Shown here in pieces: positions 1 through 10,423 of a DNA stretch of 64,000 nucleotides. Positions within the stretch are counted from its first letter, which is position 1. Each line of letters opens with the position of its first letter. Source of the DNA: Candidatus Poribacteria bacterium (GTDB taxonomy: Bacteria > Poribacteria > WGA-4E > WGA-3G); assembly GCA_963663765.2 (NCBI GenBank), contig CAXXUA010000004.1, positions 768,001 through 832,000 of the forward strand. Direction: 5' to 3'. The translations under genes were made by a program, and so were the position numbers. The notes below the pieces were generated by a model that was given only the letters and a program-made list of their open reading frames with translations, made no database searches and was not told the DNA's origin.

Positions 1-137
1 ACTCAAGGATTAACAACTGTGATAGAATTTACTCGATAAATTGAAAACTGAATAACTCTACCATTGGTTTGAAATGAGATGTTTCAATTGTTAGGATATG
101 ATACGATATAGATAAAAAATATGTTTTGAGAAGGACT

Positions 138-1238
138 ATGCTAATGAATCCTGTAAGAATAGGAGTTATCGGATGTGGTGCAGTTGCACAGGTTCAGCAT
201 TTGCCTAACCTGATTCATCTACACCGTGAGTTTGAAGTGCCAATTGTATGTGATCTTTCACTGGGTGCTGCACAAGCCGCAGCAAAGAGATTCCATATTC
301 CACATTTTGTCACAGATTACAAAGAGGTATTGGAAACCGATATTGATGCTGTGTTGCTGTGTCATGCTGATCCTAAGACTGAAGTTGCAGTTGCTGCTTT
401 TGAAGCAGGTAAGCATGTATTTATTGAGAAACCTGTTTGTTTTTCACTACAAGAGATTGATTTGATACTCACAGCACAAAAGCAAACGGGCAATGTTGGA
501 CAAGCAGGATATATGAAGGTGTTTGATCCAGCATTTCAATTTGCAAAGCGAGAGGTTGAACAGATGAACGACTATCGGTTTGTTCAGGTTAACCACTTGC
601 ATCCGAATAATAGGTTACATCTTAGTCAATTTGATGTGGAACGATTTGATGATGTTTCATCAGAACAATTACTACCTTTACAAACTGCGCGTGCCACAGC
701 GCGTATGCAAGCAATAGGTGCCGTGTCTGATGCGGTATCTCGTGCATTCTTTCTGCTTTCCGGGAGCATGATACACGACATCTACGGTTTACGTGTTATG
801 CTTGGACTACCGAGTGAGGTTATCAATGCTGATGTCTGGGCGGAAGGTGGTGGTGTGAACATTGTACTTGGGTATCCAAATGGTGCGCGTTGTGTTGCGA
901 CTTGGGTTGATTTACCGGAACTCTGGGACTTTAAGGAAACTTTGGAGATATATGGTAGCAGTAAACGCGTGCAGGTTTCGTATCCCTCAGGCTTTTCACG
1001 TGGAATTCTATCTGAGGTGACAATTCAAGGTATAGATGCAAATGGGACTACCTACACTAAAACACCTGCGATTGATTGGGAAAGTGCTTTTGTCCGAGAA
1101 CTACGACACTTCTATTCTTGTATTATGACGGGGGAAACTTGTATGACACCTATTGAATCCGCACGGGATGATATTCAACTCATTATTGATATTGTGGAAT
1201 GTTATAAGAATAGAACTCCTATTATGGTGAATAATTGA
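138..1238 (+). CDS. Gfo/Idh/MocA family oxidoreductase
   Basis: N-terminal GVIGCGAVA Rossmann motif, HVFIEKP motif, IHDI; ATG at 138 after AAGGA. Confidence 0.9.
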   Translation: MLMNPVRIGVIGCGAVAQVQHLPNLIHLHREFEVPIVCDLSLGAAQAAAKRFHIPHFVTDYKEVLETDIDAVLLCHADPKTEVAVAAFEAGKHVFIEKPVCFSLQEIDLILTAQKQTGNVGQAGYMKVFDPAFQFAKREVEQMNDYRFVQVNHLHPNNRLHLSQFDVERFDDVSSEQLLPLQTARATARMQAIGAVSDAVSRAFFLLSGSMIHDIYGLRVMLGLPSEVINADVWAEGGGVNIVLGYPNGARCVATWVDLPELWDFKETLEIYGSSKRVQVSYPSGFSRGILSEVTIQGIDANGTTYTKTPAIDWESAFVRELRHFYSCIMTGETCMTPIESARDDIQLIIDIVECYKNRTPIMVNN

Positions 1239-1240
1239 AA

Positions 1241-1560
1241 TATAGTAGACTATAGCAGGACTTACGCACCCAACGGTAGGCGCGCTTTGTAGGCGGGGAA
1301 TGCCAAAAGGCATTCATACCGTTGATTTGGCGCTGGAAACCGAAAAAATGCTGAAAATTACACCATTTTCGTCATAATTCTTCATCAAATCATGAAAACT
1401 GCGTAAGTGCGGTATAGAATTAATTGGACATTCTGTTAGGTTCGGTTAGGAAACCAAACCAACCGAGGGTGTTGAAACACTAACTGTTAGTTGTCTCCGT
1501 ATCTGCACAAACTAACAGTTAGTGCTACAAAATATCCTATTAATTATATGCTTTACTATA
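1241..1560. mobile_element. Degenerate TA-flanked MITE (family C) interrupted by a MITE-A copy
   Basis: Ends TATAGTAGACTATAG-AATTAATT ... AATTATATGCTTTACTATA resemble the ends at 10424-10629 and 54424-54548. Confidence 0.5.
1256..1412. mobile_element. MITE-A copy carrying a 35-nt hairpin insertion
   Basis: TIR CAGGACTTACGCA / TGCGTAAGTGCGG, 5-bp TSD TATAG; 157 bp versus 122 bp for empty copies. Confidence 0.9.
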
Positions 1561-1587
1561 TACTATATATAGCTTCTAAATGAAATT

Positions 1588-1833
1588 CAGGACTTACGCA
1601 GTTTTCATGATTAAGAGAAGAATAATGACGAAATTGTCAGTATTTTTCGGTTTTAAGCGCGCTTACATGAAGATTAATTTAATAATTCGGTAATAGATAT
1701 TTCTCACACGGTAGGCGGGGAATGCCTTAATGGCATTCATACCGTTGATTTGGTGCTTTGTAAGCGCGCTGTTTGGTCTTGATGTGCCAGCCGCGCTTAC
1801 AAAGCGCACCTACCGTTGTATGCGTAAGTCCTG
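1588..1833. mobile_element. MITE-A copy with nested insertions
   Basis: Perfect 13-bp TIRs, 7-bp direct repeat TGAAATT on both sides; interior has a family-B-like end at ~1668 and a 35-nt unit at 1717-1751. Confidence 0.85.
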
Positions 1834-1838
1834 TGAAA

Positions 1839-3932
1839 TTATTCTTCAGCTGTTTCAGTATCAACTTCAACATCTGCAGGAAGAACTTCTAATTCGATTT
1901 CTGTATCACCCGTCACGATGAAGCGATTGATGATCAATGCTGTCCCTGTAATAGGTATCGGACGTGGTGTTGGATCCATTTCTTCCATCATTTCTTCTTC
2001 GTCAACGATGTCAATTACTTCACCATTTTCAGGAGGAGTTTCACCGTTATCAGGAGGAGTTTCACCGTTATCAGGAGGAGTTTCACCGTTATCAGGAGGA
2101 GTTTCACCATCCCCTGGAGTTTCGCCGTCATCTGGAGGCATAACACCATCACCTGGTGGCATTCCTCCCCCAGCGATTCCCTCAAATATCGCTTCAAAGA
2201 ATTGTTCAAAGAAATCTTCAAATAATCCTTCTATAGAGTCCATACCAAGTCCAGGTTCTTCCTCCTCTAAAGTAGCGAGGGTTGCGAGAACCAATCCTCT
2301 ATCATATTGGAGATCCTTTAGTTGACCGATGAGTTGATCCAAATTCTCTGGAGACTGAGCAAATGGACTTCCAAAAGGATTGAATCCATAATCCGTGGCT
2401 GCAGCCATAGATAGACTTGCTTTTCCAGTTTGGAAGTTTTCAGGTATATATAGTTTCACTTCTCTGTACATATTCCGGCTTTGTCCTGCAGCACTCCAGT
2501 GCGGTAGTGTTTCGAGGACGAAAGTTGCAACTTCACCTTGTTTGACTTCCCCGATGACGTGGATGTCTTTTATTTCTGTATGCAGGATATATGGAAGGTC
2601 AGCAATATAGATGTTGACTTCATCTATGGTTGCTCTACCAGCACCATTTGCGAGTATGTTTGTAAAAGACCCGATAATTCTACTCATTCTTGCCAATACA
2701 GTTTCATAGGGATCAGGTGTAATTGAACGGAAAGACTCAGTATAGACTTCATCAGTCTCCTTGAAACTGATTTCCACATGTGCTTCAAGAGTTCCGGTAC
2801 TAACTTCACTACGTATTGCGTCTAATGACGTGGCAGCAACAATAGGTATTGCCAATTCTTCCTGACCATAAGCAACTTTGTGTTTTGTTTCAATTGGCAG
2901 TTGACTATTTACTGGATGATATGCGACATTAACGTCAATCATTGAGGGTAATTTACCCAATTCACCAACAATTCCTGCTCTTAGGTCTTTTGTAATTGTT
3001 CCTATTGGATTACCATAAGCGGAAGCAGATTTATATGCGATTCTTGTATTAGGAACAATTCCATCAACAACAGCTCTGTAGGTGGGCATAGATGCCTGAC
3101 CTCCAAGGAACATGTCGTGGCCGAATGCGACGAATTTATCGTCGTAGACTTGTGTTACAGTTCCAAAACCCCCGATGTTAACAATATCACCCGTAGCAGC
3201 AAACACACCGATCATGTCACCAGCGGTTAGGTTTTTTGAAGCGTTTGCGGGTGGTGCACCGGGTGCTCCGCCGATGCGTGCGTAGAATTCAACATTATTG
3301 TATTGTGTGCCTTGAAGGTGTGATGACAGTTGTCCTAATCTATTGGCATCAACACCAGTAATTGTAACCGGTGTTTTTATAGAAGTGAATGTTGAGTTGA
3401 TGGCAGCTCCGGGTGCGCCAGGTGGGTTCAAGAACTCACCGAAGGTTACATGTTCTAATGTTGCTTCCATTGCATCGATGGGGGTAACCCAGAACCGGTG
3501 TGGTGCTGCTGCCCAATAATCACCATAAGACAGTGCACCGAAGACTTTGCCTTTTATTCCGACTGGACTTCCGGACATACCTTGTGCAAGTCCACCCATC
3601 GCTGTTATAGCTTCATCTGTCAGGACACATTCATAAAGTGGGAATCCATAACCAGAGGGTTGGACTCTTCGGAATTCTGCTTCAAATATTACCTTGCTTG
3701 TGCCCTCAATTGCCGTAATAACTTCAACTGGAGTTTTTGTTGCAAGTCTGCGAACTTCATCTTCATACATACTTTCGAGTGTTACTTCACCAACCAATGG
3801 TGCAGCGTTAAACTCATCTGTAACATCAACAATTGCTGGATTTTCAATTTGTGCTTGTTCTTCATCAGGTGAACAACCTAACTGACCTAAAACCAAAATT
3901 GCAAATGCTACTAAAACAAAAAAACGTTTCAC
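1839..3932 (-). CDS. Lipoprotein with SpoIVB peptidase S55-like domain and acidic Pro-rich C-terminal repeats
   Basis: Signal peptide with LGC lipobox; QGMSGSPV catalytic serine motif; FVAFGH motif. Confidence 0.8.
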   Translation of the reverse strand: MKRFFVLVAFAILVLGQLGCSPDEEQAQIENPAIVDVTDEFNAAPLVGEVTLESMYEDEVRRLATKTPVEVITAIEGTSKVIFEAEFRRVQPSGYGFPLYECVLTDEAITAMGGLAQGMSGSPVGIKGKVFGALSYGDYWAAAPHRFWVTPIDAMEATLEHVTFGEFLNPPGAPGAAINSTFTSIKTPVTITGVDANRLGQLSSHLQGTQYNNVEFYARIGGAPGAPPANASKNLTAGDMIGVFAATGDIVNIGGFGTVTQVYDDKFVAFGHDMFLGGQASMPTYRAVVDGIVPNTRIAYKSASAYGNPIGTITKDLRAGIVGELGKLPSMIDVNVAYHPVNSQLPIETKHKVAYGQEELAIPIVAATSLDAIRSEVSTGTLEAHVEISFKETDEVYTESFRSITPDPYETVLARMSRIIGSFTNILANGAGRATIDEVNIYIADLPYILHTEIKDIHVIGEVKQGEVATFVLETLPHWSAAGQSRNMYREVKLYIPENFQTGKASLSMAAATDYGFNPFGSPFAQSPENLDQLIGQLKDLQYDRGLVLATLATLEEEEPGLGMDSIEGLFEDFFEQFFEAIFEGIAGGGMPPGDGVMPPDDGETPGDGETPPDNGETPPDNGETPPDNGETPPENGEVIDIVDEEEMMEEMDPTPRPIPITGTALIINRFIVTGDTEIELEVLPADVEVDTETAEE
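2030..2125. repeat. In-frame 21-bp tandem repeat encoding GETPPDN
   Basis: CAGGAGGAGTTTCACCGTTAT about 4 times plus degenerate flanking units. Confidence 0.9.
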
Positions 3933-4343
3933 TAATTTACTCCTAACTTAGTTTTAATTCTAAATCATTTAATTTAGAAAAATTAATTATATTAGCAGTC
4001 TACCAGAAAACTGAATTAGTTTAATAATAATGTTTTTAGTAGACATATAACAGTAGTTTAATGTCTATATATGGTAGATTTTGGAAATAAATACACATTC
4101 AGCATAGGCAGTATAAGCGTGAGGCATTCTGATTCTGCATTGGTTAGGAAACCTCACTAACCTTATGTCAATAGTGTTAACCGATTTCCAACATTCACCA
4201 TAAATGAGACATTAGTTTAAATAAAATAACGGGAATATATTGAAAGACTTTACCTAACTATTACTAACTATACTTGAGAATTATACCTTATAGATTAAGG
4301 TAATGCAATAAAATATACACAACAATTCATGAGTAGTATTTTC

Positions 4344-5108
4344 TTACCATGCAACCCAACCTCCATCAACAGCAATGGTTTGGCCGGTAACCCAATTTGC
4401 TGCGTCAGAAGCTAAGAATAGCACTGCTCCAACTACTTCGTCTACTTCCCCAACACGTCCCATAGGTATCCGTCGAACGACGTCTTCATAGAATTCTTTT
4501 CGTTGTAGTAGGACATCTGCAAGTGGTGTTCGTGTGAAAGCGGGTGCGACAGCGTTGACGGTAACATTGTGTGGTGCCCATTCAACTGCGAGTCCTTTGG
4601 TGAGAAGTACGACACCCCCCTTACTACCGGAATACGCTGTACGTAGTGGTCCACCAACTAAGCCCATTGTTGATGAAATATTTATAATCTTTCCACTTTC
4701 GCGTTCAATCATAGGTTTGACAAGTTTTTGTGTGAGAAAGAATAGTCCTTTGAGATTGAGATCGTAGATTGCGTCCCAATCTTCTTCAGTAAGGTCTAAA
4801 GCGGGTTTTGGTCGATTGGTACCAGCATTATTGACGAGGACATCAACGCGTCCCCATACATCCAAAGCTGCTTTTGCGCCGTCCTGTACTGATTTCATAT
4901 CACTCACATCAAACACCACAGGTTGTGCTTCTCCGCCATTTTCACGTATCTCTTCAGCGACTTCATCAAGGTCTGATTTTGTGCGGCTGTTAAGAATTAC
5001 TTTAGCCCCCATCTGTGATGCTGCTAATGCAATACCTTTTCCTATTCCTTTACCAGAACCGGTAATCAACATTACTTTTTCGTTCAATTCAAATCCTGGA
5101 AATGCCAT
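4344..5108 (-). CDS. SDR family oxidoreductase
   Basis: TGSGKGIG, NNAG, YSGSK catalytic motif, VDGG. Confidence 0.92.
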   Translation of the reverse strand: MAFPGFELNEKVMLITGSGKGIGKGIALAASQMGAKVILNSRTKSDLDEVAEEIRENGGEAQPVVFDVSDMKSVQDGAKAALDVWGRVDVLVNNAGTNRPKPALDLTEEDWDAIYDLNLKGLFFLTQKLVKPMIERESGKIINISSTMGLVGGPLRTAYSGSKGGVVLLTKGLAVEWAPHNVTVNAVAPAFTRTPLADVLLQRKEFYEDVVRRIPMGRVGEVDEVVGAVLFLASDAANWVTGQTIAVDGGWVAW

Positions 5109-5126
5109 TTAGTTCCTCCTTCAATT

Positions 5127-5280
5127 TACAGTGTCTCTCTAAATCATTTGTGGGGTAAGGTTTCTGTACCTCTCCAGGTCTTGGGAACAGAAACAATGGG
5201 TAGGTACAGAGACCCATCCCTACGTAGAAGTTAGAATATCAGAAATGAACCGTTTTTAATGATTTATGAGATAGGTTGTA
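5127..5280. mobile_element. MITE family H copy with internal REP-like pair; supplies the folD stop codon
   Basis: TACAGTGTCTCTCTAAAT ... ATTTATGAGATAGGTTGTA; right end identical to copies at 6226 and 21010. Confidence 0.7.
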
Positions 5281-6142
5281 GTTTTTTGCATTCATAAAGT
5301 TCAGAATCTGTGTAATTACATGCTAATTTTAGAGTGTTTTCCAATAACATAGCTCTTGTCAGTGGACCAACTCCTCCTGGAACAGGTGTAAGATATCCTG
5401 CTATTCCTTTGACCTTTTCAAATTTGACATCGCCGACAAGTCGATCCTCAACTTTGTTTATACCAACATCTATGACGGTAGCTCCTGGTTTTACCATGTC
5501 CGCTGTAATGAACTCTGGTTTTCCGATTGCAGCAACAAGGATATCAGCTTGCTTCGTAATCTCTGCGAGATATTTTGTGCGTGAATGACAGTAGGTTACT
5601 GTTGCGTTACGATTTAGCAGCATCACACCTACGGGTTTTCCCACAAGATGACTTCTACCAACACAAACAGCATGTTTTCCTTCAATTGGTTCTCCAGTGA
5701 GTTCAATAAGTCGTATAATACCCGTTGGTGTGCAGGGAGTAATTCCCTCTCTGTTTATGAATAGGTTTGCTAAGTTTAGGGGAGTTAATCCATCAGCGTC
5801 CTTGTCTGGTGAGATTGTATCTATTATTTCTTGTTCATCAATAGTAATTGGCAGCGGCATTTGCACCAAAATACCGTGAATATCTTGGCGATCATTTAAT
5901 TCCTTTACCATTTCAATCAGTGATTTTTGTGTTATATCGGCGGGCAGTTTTTGGACTTCAGAATGAAAATGTACTTTTTGGCAATCGCGTTGTTTGTGTT
6001 TAATGTAGAGAGTTGAGGCAGGATCGTTGCCAACTTGGATGACAGCGAGTCCAGGAATAATGTTTAGTTTTTTGAGTTTTTGACGGATTTGACTACGGAT
6101 TCGTTGTGCAAGACAAGTTCCGCTTAGAATTTCGGAAGACAA
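5264..6142 (-). CDS. folD: Bifunctional methylenetetrahydrofolate dehydrogenase/cyclohydrolase
   Basis: GILVQMPLP, KDADG, PCTP, GRSHLVGKP, TPVPGGVGP motifs. Confidence 0.96.
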   Translation of the reverse strand: MSSEILSGTCLAQRIRSQIRQKLKKLNIIPGLAVIQVGNDPASTLYIKHKQRDCQKVHFHSEVQKLPADITQKSLIEMVKELNDRQDIHGILVQMPLPITIDEQEIIDTISPDKDADGLTPLNLANLFINREGITPCTPTGIIRLIELTGEPIEGKHAVCVGRSHLVGKPVGVMLLNRNATVTYCHSRTKYLAEITKQADILVAAIGKPEFITADMVKPGATVIDVGINKVEDRLVGDVKFEKVKGIAGYLTPVPGGVGPLTRAMLLENTLKLACNYTDSELYECKKLQPIS

Positions 6143-6225
6143 TTCGGTTTCCCCAAAAAAGATGGTGTATTTACATTATATATCTAATTGAGGTTTTTGC
6201 GCAAGAATAAAGTTCAGGTATTAAT

Positions 6226-6327
6226 TACAGCGAATCTCATAAATGCAATTTTGTTCAAATTCACAGGATCGCGTGTCTGGTAAATCGGGGTTAGAAACTC
6301 CTCCTACCATTTATGAGATAGGTTGTA
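6226..6327. mobile_element. MITE family H copy (~100 bp, TA-flanked)
   Basis: Imperfect TIR TACAGCGAATCTCATAAAT / ATTTATGAGATAGGTTGTA; near-identical to 21010-21110. Confidence 0.75.
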
Positions 6328-6333
6328 TTTACA

Positions 6334-8307
6334 CTAATCGGTTTTTAATCGTTTTAGTCGTTCTTGTATAAAGGTTAGAACGGTTTCTTGGCTTTGAAAT
6401 CCGAGTGTTCCAGCTTCATCAATAGCAATTTGCATTTGAATAGGATTATCTGTTAGCATTTTTTCAGCATTTTTGTAATATTCTTCAGCTTTTTTCTTTT
6501 CACTGTTTTCTTGATGCAAAACTGCTAAATAGATATATGCTGCAGCAAGGCGTGGGGAAACAGTCCGGGTTCTGATAAACTCCTCAAATGCGTAACGTGC
6601 ATCAGCAAAACGTTGATCTTCAAAATGGACTCTTCCAATGCGAAATTGTGCTCTATCTGCGTAACTATCCTTATATCCACCTGTCAGATAGAGTTCTCGT
6701 TCTGGATAAGCGATAGTTGTATGGTAAGCTTTCACTGCTTCATCGTATCGTTGTAGTTTTCTATAGATTTCACCTACTTGGAATGTTGCCATCATGGCTT
6801 GCAGCGTATTTGGATGCTGTGAAGTGATTGCGTTGAATGTTTGTAGCGCAGAATTAGGCTTTTCAAGTATTTCCGTATTTATGATACCTATGCGGTAGAG
6901 TGCTTCAGCAGCATACGGGGAAGTGGAATATGCTTGTATTACATCATTATATAGTTCAACAGCCTTTGCATAGTCAAGTAATTCGCGCTCATAGATAGTA
7001 GCGATTTGAAGTTGTGTTCTGACTTTTACATTTGTATCTACAGCATTGTTCTGTATTTGTGAAAGTAGGTTCTGTATCATTGCGAGGTGTTTTAGTGAAT
7101 ATAGTTGAACGTCAACTTTTTTAGCAAATTGTGATTTCGGGTCAGTGGCTATAAGTTTTTGTGCTATGATTAATGCCTTGTCATATTGTTTTTCTTTTAC
7201 AGCATTCTCAAATTTTTCATATTCATACTTTGGAATAGTTTGTGAGAGCGAATTTATTTTTTCTTTAATCAATTCTTTTACTTCTGAAACGTTCTTGTCA
7301 TACATTGAAATCTGTCCAAGGTATACAGGATCAAGTTTCGGAAGGTAGACGTTCAGGAATATTTTGTAAGCGTTTTGTGCTTCCGTATAGTCTTGCAATT
7401 GTTCATAGCATGTACCTAACCAATAATAAACTGCATGCATATTCCAGAAGTTAGGATACTTTTCAACTATAGAATTATATTCATTGATAGCAGTTTGATA
7501 TTTCTTATCTTCGCGTTGTAGATTTGCGATATGGAATAGAGCTTCAGCGGCGAAGTTAGTGGTAGGAAAATTGTTGGCGACATTCTCATATGCTTCAACA
7601 GCCAGAACTAATTGATGAAGTACTGTGTGTCGGATGTGTGCGATTCGCCATTGTGCTTCTGGTGCTAACTTATCAGTAGGAAAATTCTCAAGTAAATCCT
7701 CATACATTTCAATAGCGCGTTCCGGTTGATTGAGTTGTGTGTGAGTCCGGTAAAGTTCTGCAATTTGAAATTGTGCGACTGCTTCTAAAGGCGTGCCTTT
7801 ATATGTGTTGACAGTATTTTTTTGTATCTCTAAGTTTTTTAGTGAGGTGCGAATATCTCGTATCTTACGTTGTCCGATCTCATATACAAAATGTGTTTCA
7901 GGTGCCATTCCAATTAGTCTTCTGAAACTATCAATAGCTTTCTGATATTCACCCATCCGACTATACACATCACCCATCTTTAGATATGCGAGCAGAATTT
8001 CAGCTATAGGGAGACCGTCAGCTCTCATACGAATAATTTTTTCATAGGTTCTTATAGCTTCAGGATATTGGTGAGTATAATTATAATACGTTTCTCCGAG
8101 TTGATGATAGAGTCTACTCCGAGTTTCAACATCTTTTGAGGATTCAGCGAGAGTTTCCAATTTTGAGACTGCTTCTGGAAACCGACGTTCCTTAATTAAA
8201 TCGTTGACTTCATTATCCTGTGCTTGCGCATTTGGGAATACCAATAGGCATAAACATAGGACAGAATATACAAAGTGGTTGAGAAAGGATGAATAATTCA
8301 TTTTCAT
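6334..8307 (-). CDS. Secreted tetratricopeptide-repeat protein
   Basis: Signal peptide (AQAQ), many TPR-like units ending in FP/YP-x-x-x-x-A-x-E-A. Confidence 0.85.
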   Translation of the reverse strand: MKMNYSSFLNHFVYSVLCLCLLVFPNAQAQDNEVNDLIKERRFPEAVSKLETLAESSKDVETRSRLYHQLGETYYNYTHQYPEAIRTYEKIIRMRADGLPIAEILLAYLKMGDVYSRMGEYQKAIDSFRRLIGMAPETHFVYEIGQRKIRDIRTSLKNLEIQKNTVNTYKGTPLEAVAQFQIAELYRTHTQLNQPERAIEMYEDLLENFPTDKLAPEAQWRIAHIRHTVLHQLVLAVEAYENVANNFPTTNFAAEALFHIANLQREDKKYQTAINEYNSIVEKYPNFWNMHAVYYWLGTCYEQLQDYTEAQNAYKIFLNVYLPKLDPVYLGQISMYDKNVSEVKELIKEKINSLSQTIPKYEYEKFENAVKEKQYDKALIIAQKLIATDPKSQFAKKVDVQLYSLKHLAMIQNLLSQIQNNAVDTNVKVRTQLQIATIYERELLDYAKAVELYNDVIQAYSTSPYAAEALYRIGIINTEILEKPNSALQTFNAITSQHPNTLQAMMATFQVGEIYRKLQRYDEAVKAYHTTIAYPERELYLTGGYKDSYADRAQFRIGRVHFEDQRFADARYAFEEFIRTRTVSPRLAAAYIYLAVLHQENSEKKKAEEYYKNAEKMLTDNPIQMQIAIDEAGTLGFQSQETVLTFIQERLKRLKTD

Positions 8308-8344
8308 ATTTTATTGTTTTGTATTCAATCAGAGTAATATACCT

Positions 8345-8466
8345 CAGGACTTACGCACCCAACGGTAGGCGCGCTTTGTAAGCGCGCTGGAAACCGAAAA
8401 AATGCTGAATATTACACCATTTTCGTCATAATTCTTCATCAAATCATGAAAACTGCGTAAGTCCTG
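8345..8466. mobile_element. MITE-A, empty 122-bp reference copy
   Basis: TIR CAGGACTTACGCA / TGCGTAAGTCCTG, 6-bp TSD ATACCT, internal GGTAGGCGCGCTTTGTAAGCGCGC hairpin. Confidence 0.93.
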
Positions 8467-8591
8467 ATACCTAAATGTTCAAATAAACAATTTCTGTTGT
8501 CATGTTCGGTTTGGAAAACGCACATTTTGGGGTATATAGATTAATATCCAAGAAAAAAGCGATTATGAGATAGGTCATAGAAAATGTTGAT

Positions 8592-9209
8592 TTAGAAATC
8601 GGAGTTAACATTTTTTAGATGTTTATTTGCGATATTTGCTAAATCTGTGCCTTGTGCACGTTCTTTAACACGATTGAGTTGACTGACAGTATCCCACGAA
8701 TCAGAGTTGCGTAGATGTTTATTGCGTAGGGAATCTTCCATACTTCTTTGAATGTCTTGGCGTCGGTACTGTTCTATATGTGCGTCTGCTGTGTCAAGTC
8801 CATTTGCTACATACTCGGACTTATTTTGCAACGGATTTCCTACAAAAAACGCGATAGAAATTACTGCAGCGATGAATAAGCAAACGCTTGCCACCTTCTG
8901 CTGCTGCAAAATGAACATGAACCTTGAAAAATAGTCTGTGAACCGAGACAACAGTGAAGGATTTTCTACTGGTACTTCAGCAAGTTTTCTGTAGAGACGC
9001 ATTTCAAGGTTGTGAGGTGCGATAGGATGCGGTATAAAATCCCCCTCAGCTGCGTCAACAAGGTGAAGCACACGTTCAAAGTCTTTTACCTTACTGGTGC
9101 AAGAATTGCACATGGTTAAATGGTTTTCAAAATTAGGTACCAAAGCGGAATCTAATTCACCATAGGCATAATCAATCGCTTGTGCTTCAAATTTCTTACA
9201 TTTAGGCAT
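8592..9209 (-). CDS. Zinc-finger (HxxxCxxC) anti-sigma factor
   Basis: HLTMCNSC motif, one TM helix, directly downstream of the ECF sigma factor. Confidence 0.88.
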   Translation of the reverse strand: MPKCKKFEAQAIDYAYGELDSALVPNFENHLTMCNSCTSKVKDFERVLHLVDAAEGDFIPHPIAPHNLEMRLYRKLAEVPVENPSLLSRFTDYFSRFMFILQQQKVASVCLFIAAVISIAFFVGNPLQNKSEYVANGLDTADAHIEQYRRQDIQRSMEDSLRNKHLRNSDSWDTVSQLNRVKERAQGTDLANIANKHLKNVNSDF

Positions 9210-9231
9210 GGACTTCCTCCTATATTACGTT

Positions 9232-9813
9232 CTATATCTCATTGTTTTCCCAAAGCGGTTGTAGTATCGTCTGTAATTTTTTCATTGCGCGATGTAGATG
9301 TATTTTTACTGTTCCTTCTGCCATTCCAAGTGTTTCTGCGACTTCTTTTATCTGTAGACCTTCATATCGTGTTAACATAAAGACTGATTTTTGTTTTGAT
9401 GAGAGTTCGTCAACTGCTTCGCGGATGATGCGTCCTTTTTCTTTATCTTCTAAGTGTTTTTCAGGATTGCTTGAGATGTCCGTTGCGACAAGTCTTTTCT
9501 CAATAATCTCCTCATCTTCAAATATAAATTCTGGTTTTCTTGCTTTAGAACGGTGATAATCGATGGAAAGATTTGAGGCAATTGTATATAACCATGTAGA
9601 GAATTTTGCTTTTGGCTGCCATGAAGCGAGTGCACGGTATGCTTTGAAAAACACCTCAAGCGTTAGTTCTTCTGCATCTTCGTAATTTCTGACAGAACGT
9701 AGGAGATACCCGAAGATTCTACGTTCGTACCGTTTCATTAAGGTGTCAAATGCCTTCTGGCTACCCGCCTTAAACTGTGTTACGAGGATTTCATCGTCAA
9801 TCATTGTGTCCAT
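9232..9813 (-). CDS. ECF sigma-70 family RNA polymerase sigma factor
   Basis: DAEELTLEVF, FSTWLYTIA (region 2); EVAETLGMAEGTVKIHLHRA (region 4). Confidence 0.95.
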   Translation of the reverse strand: MDTMIDDEILVTQFKAGSQKAFDTLMKRYERRIFGYLLRSVRNYEDAEELTLEVFFKAYRALASWQPKAKFSTWLYTIASNLSIDYHRSKARKPEFIFEDEEIIEKRLVATDISSNPEKHLEDKEKGRIIREAVDELSSKQKSVFMLTRYEGLQIKEVAETLGMAEGTVKIHLHRAMKKLQTILQPLWENNEI

Positions 9814-10004
9814 ATTTTTTGCCAGACTTTCTTTTTGTTTTGAACAACTGATTCTTGTAACGTTTATATTTTTGATTCAGTTTACAAATTATAGGATTTT
9901 TTGTCAAAATTATACATTATTTTTGACAAACATTCAAACAACAGAAATTCTTGGGGGTGTGTAAAGTTTTGGTTACTGTGTGTAGGGGCGGGGTCTCCCC
10001 GCAC

Positions 10005-10307
10005 CATAAGCGTCAATTTAAGGATTTTGACGTATTGTGGGAGGGGTTTTCAACCCCGAATTTATGCGCTTTTCCTCTCAATTCGGGGTTGAAAACCCCT
10101 CCCACAAGAGAAATGACAACACTTTTTTCTTAAATTGACGCCTATGGGGCGGGGTCTCCCCGCACCATAGGCGTCAATTTAAGGATTTTGACGTATTGTG
10201 GGAGGGGTTTTCAACCCCGAATTTATGCGCTTTTCCTCTCAATTCGGGGTTGAAAACCCCTCCCACAAGAGAAATGACAACACTTTTTTCTTAAATTGAC
10301 GCCTATG
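10005..10307. mobile_element. Two tandem 142-bp MITEs inserted in a REP hairpin
   Basis: TIR CATAGGCGTCAATTTAAG / CTTAAATTGACGCCTATG; copies 10005-10146 and 10166-10307 separated and flanked by 19-bp GGGCGGGGTCTCCCCGC(A/C)C. Confidence 0.88.
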
Positions 10308-10423
10308 GGGCGGGGTCTCCCCGCCCGAACAGAAACTTTACGCGGGCGAGAAAACCTCGCCCCTACGATGTCCACAGTTCCCTTACGTCAAGCAAGCTTG
10401 ATAGAAACTTTAGATACTTCTTT

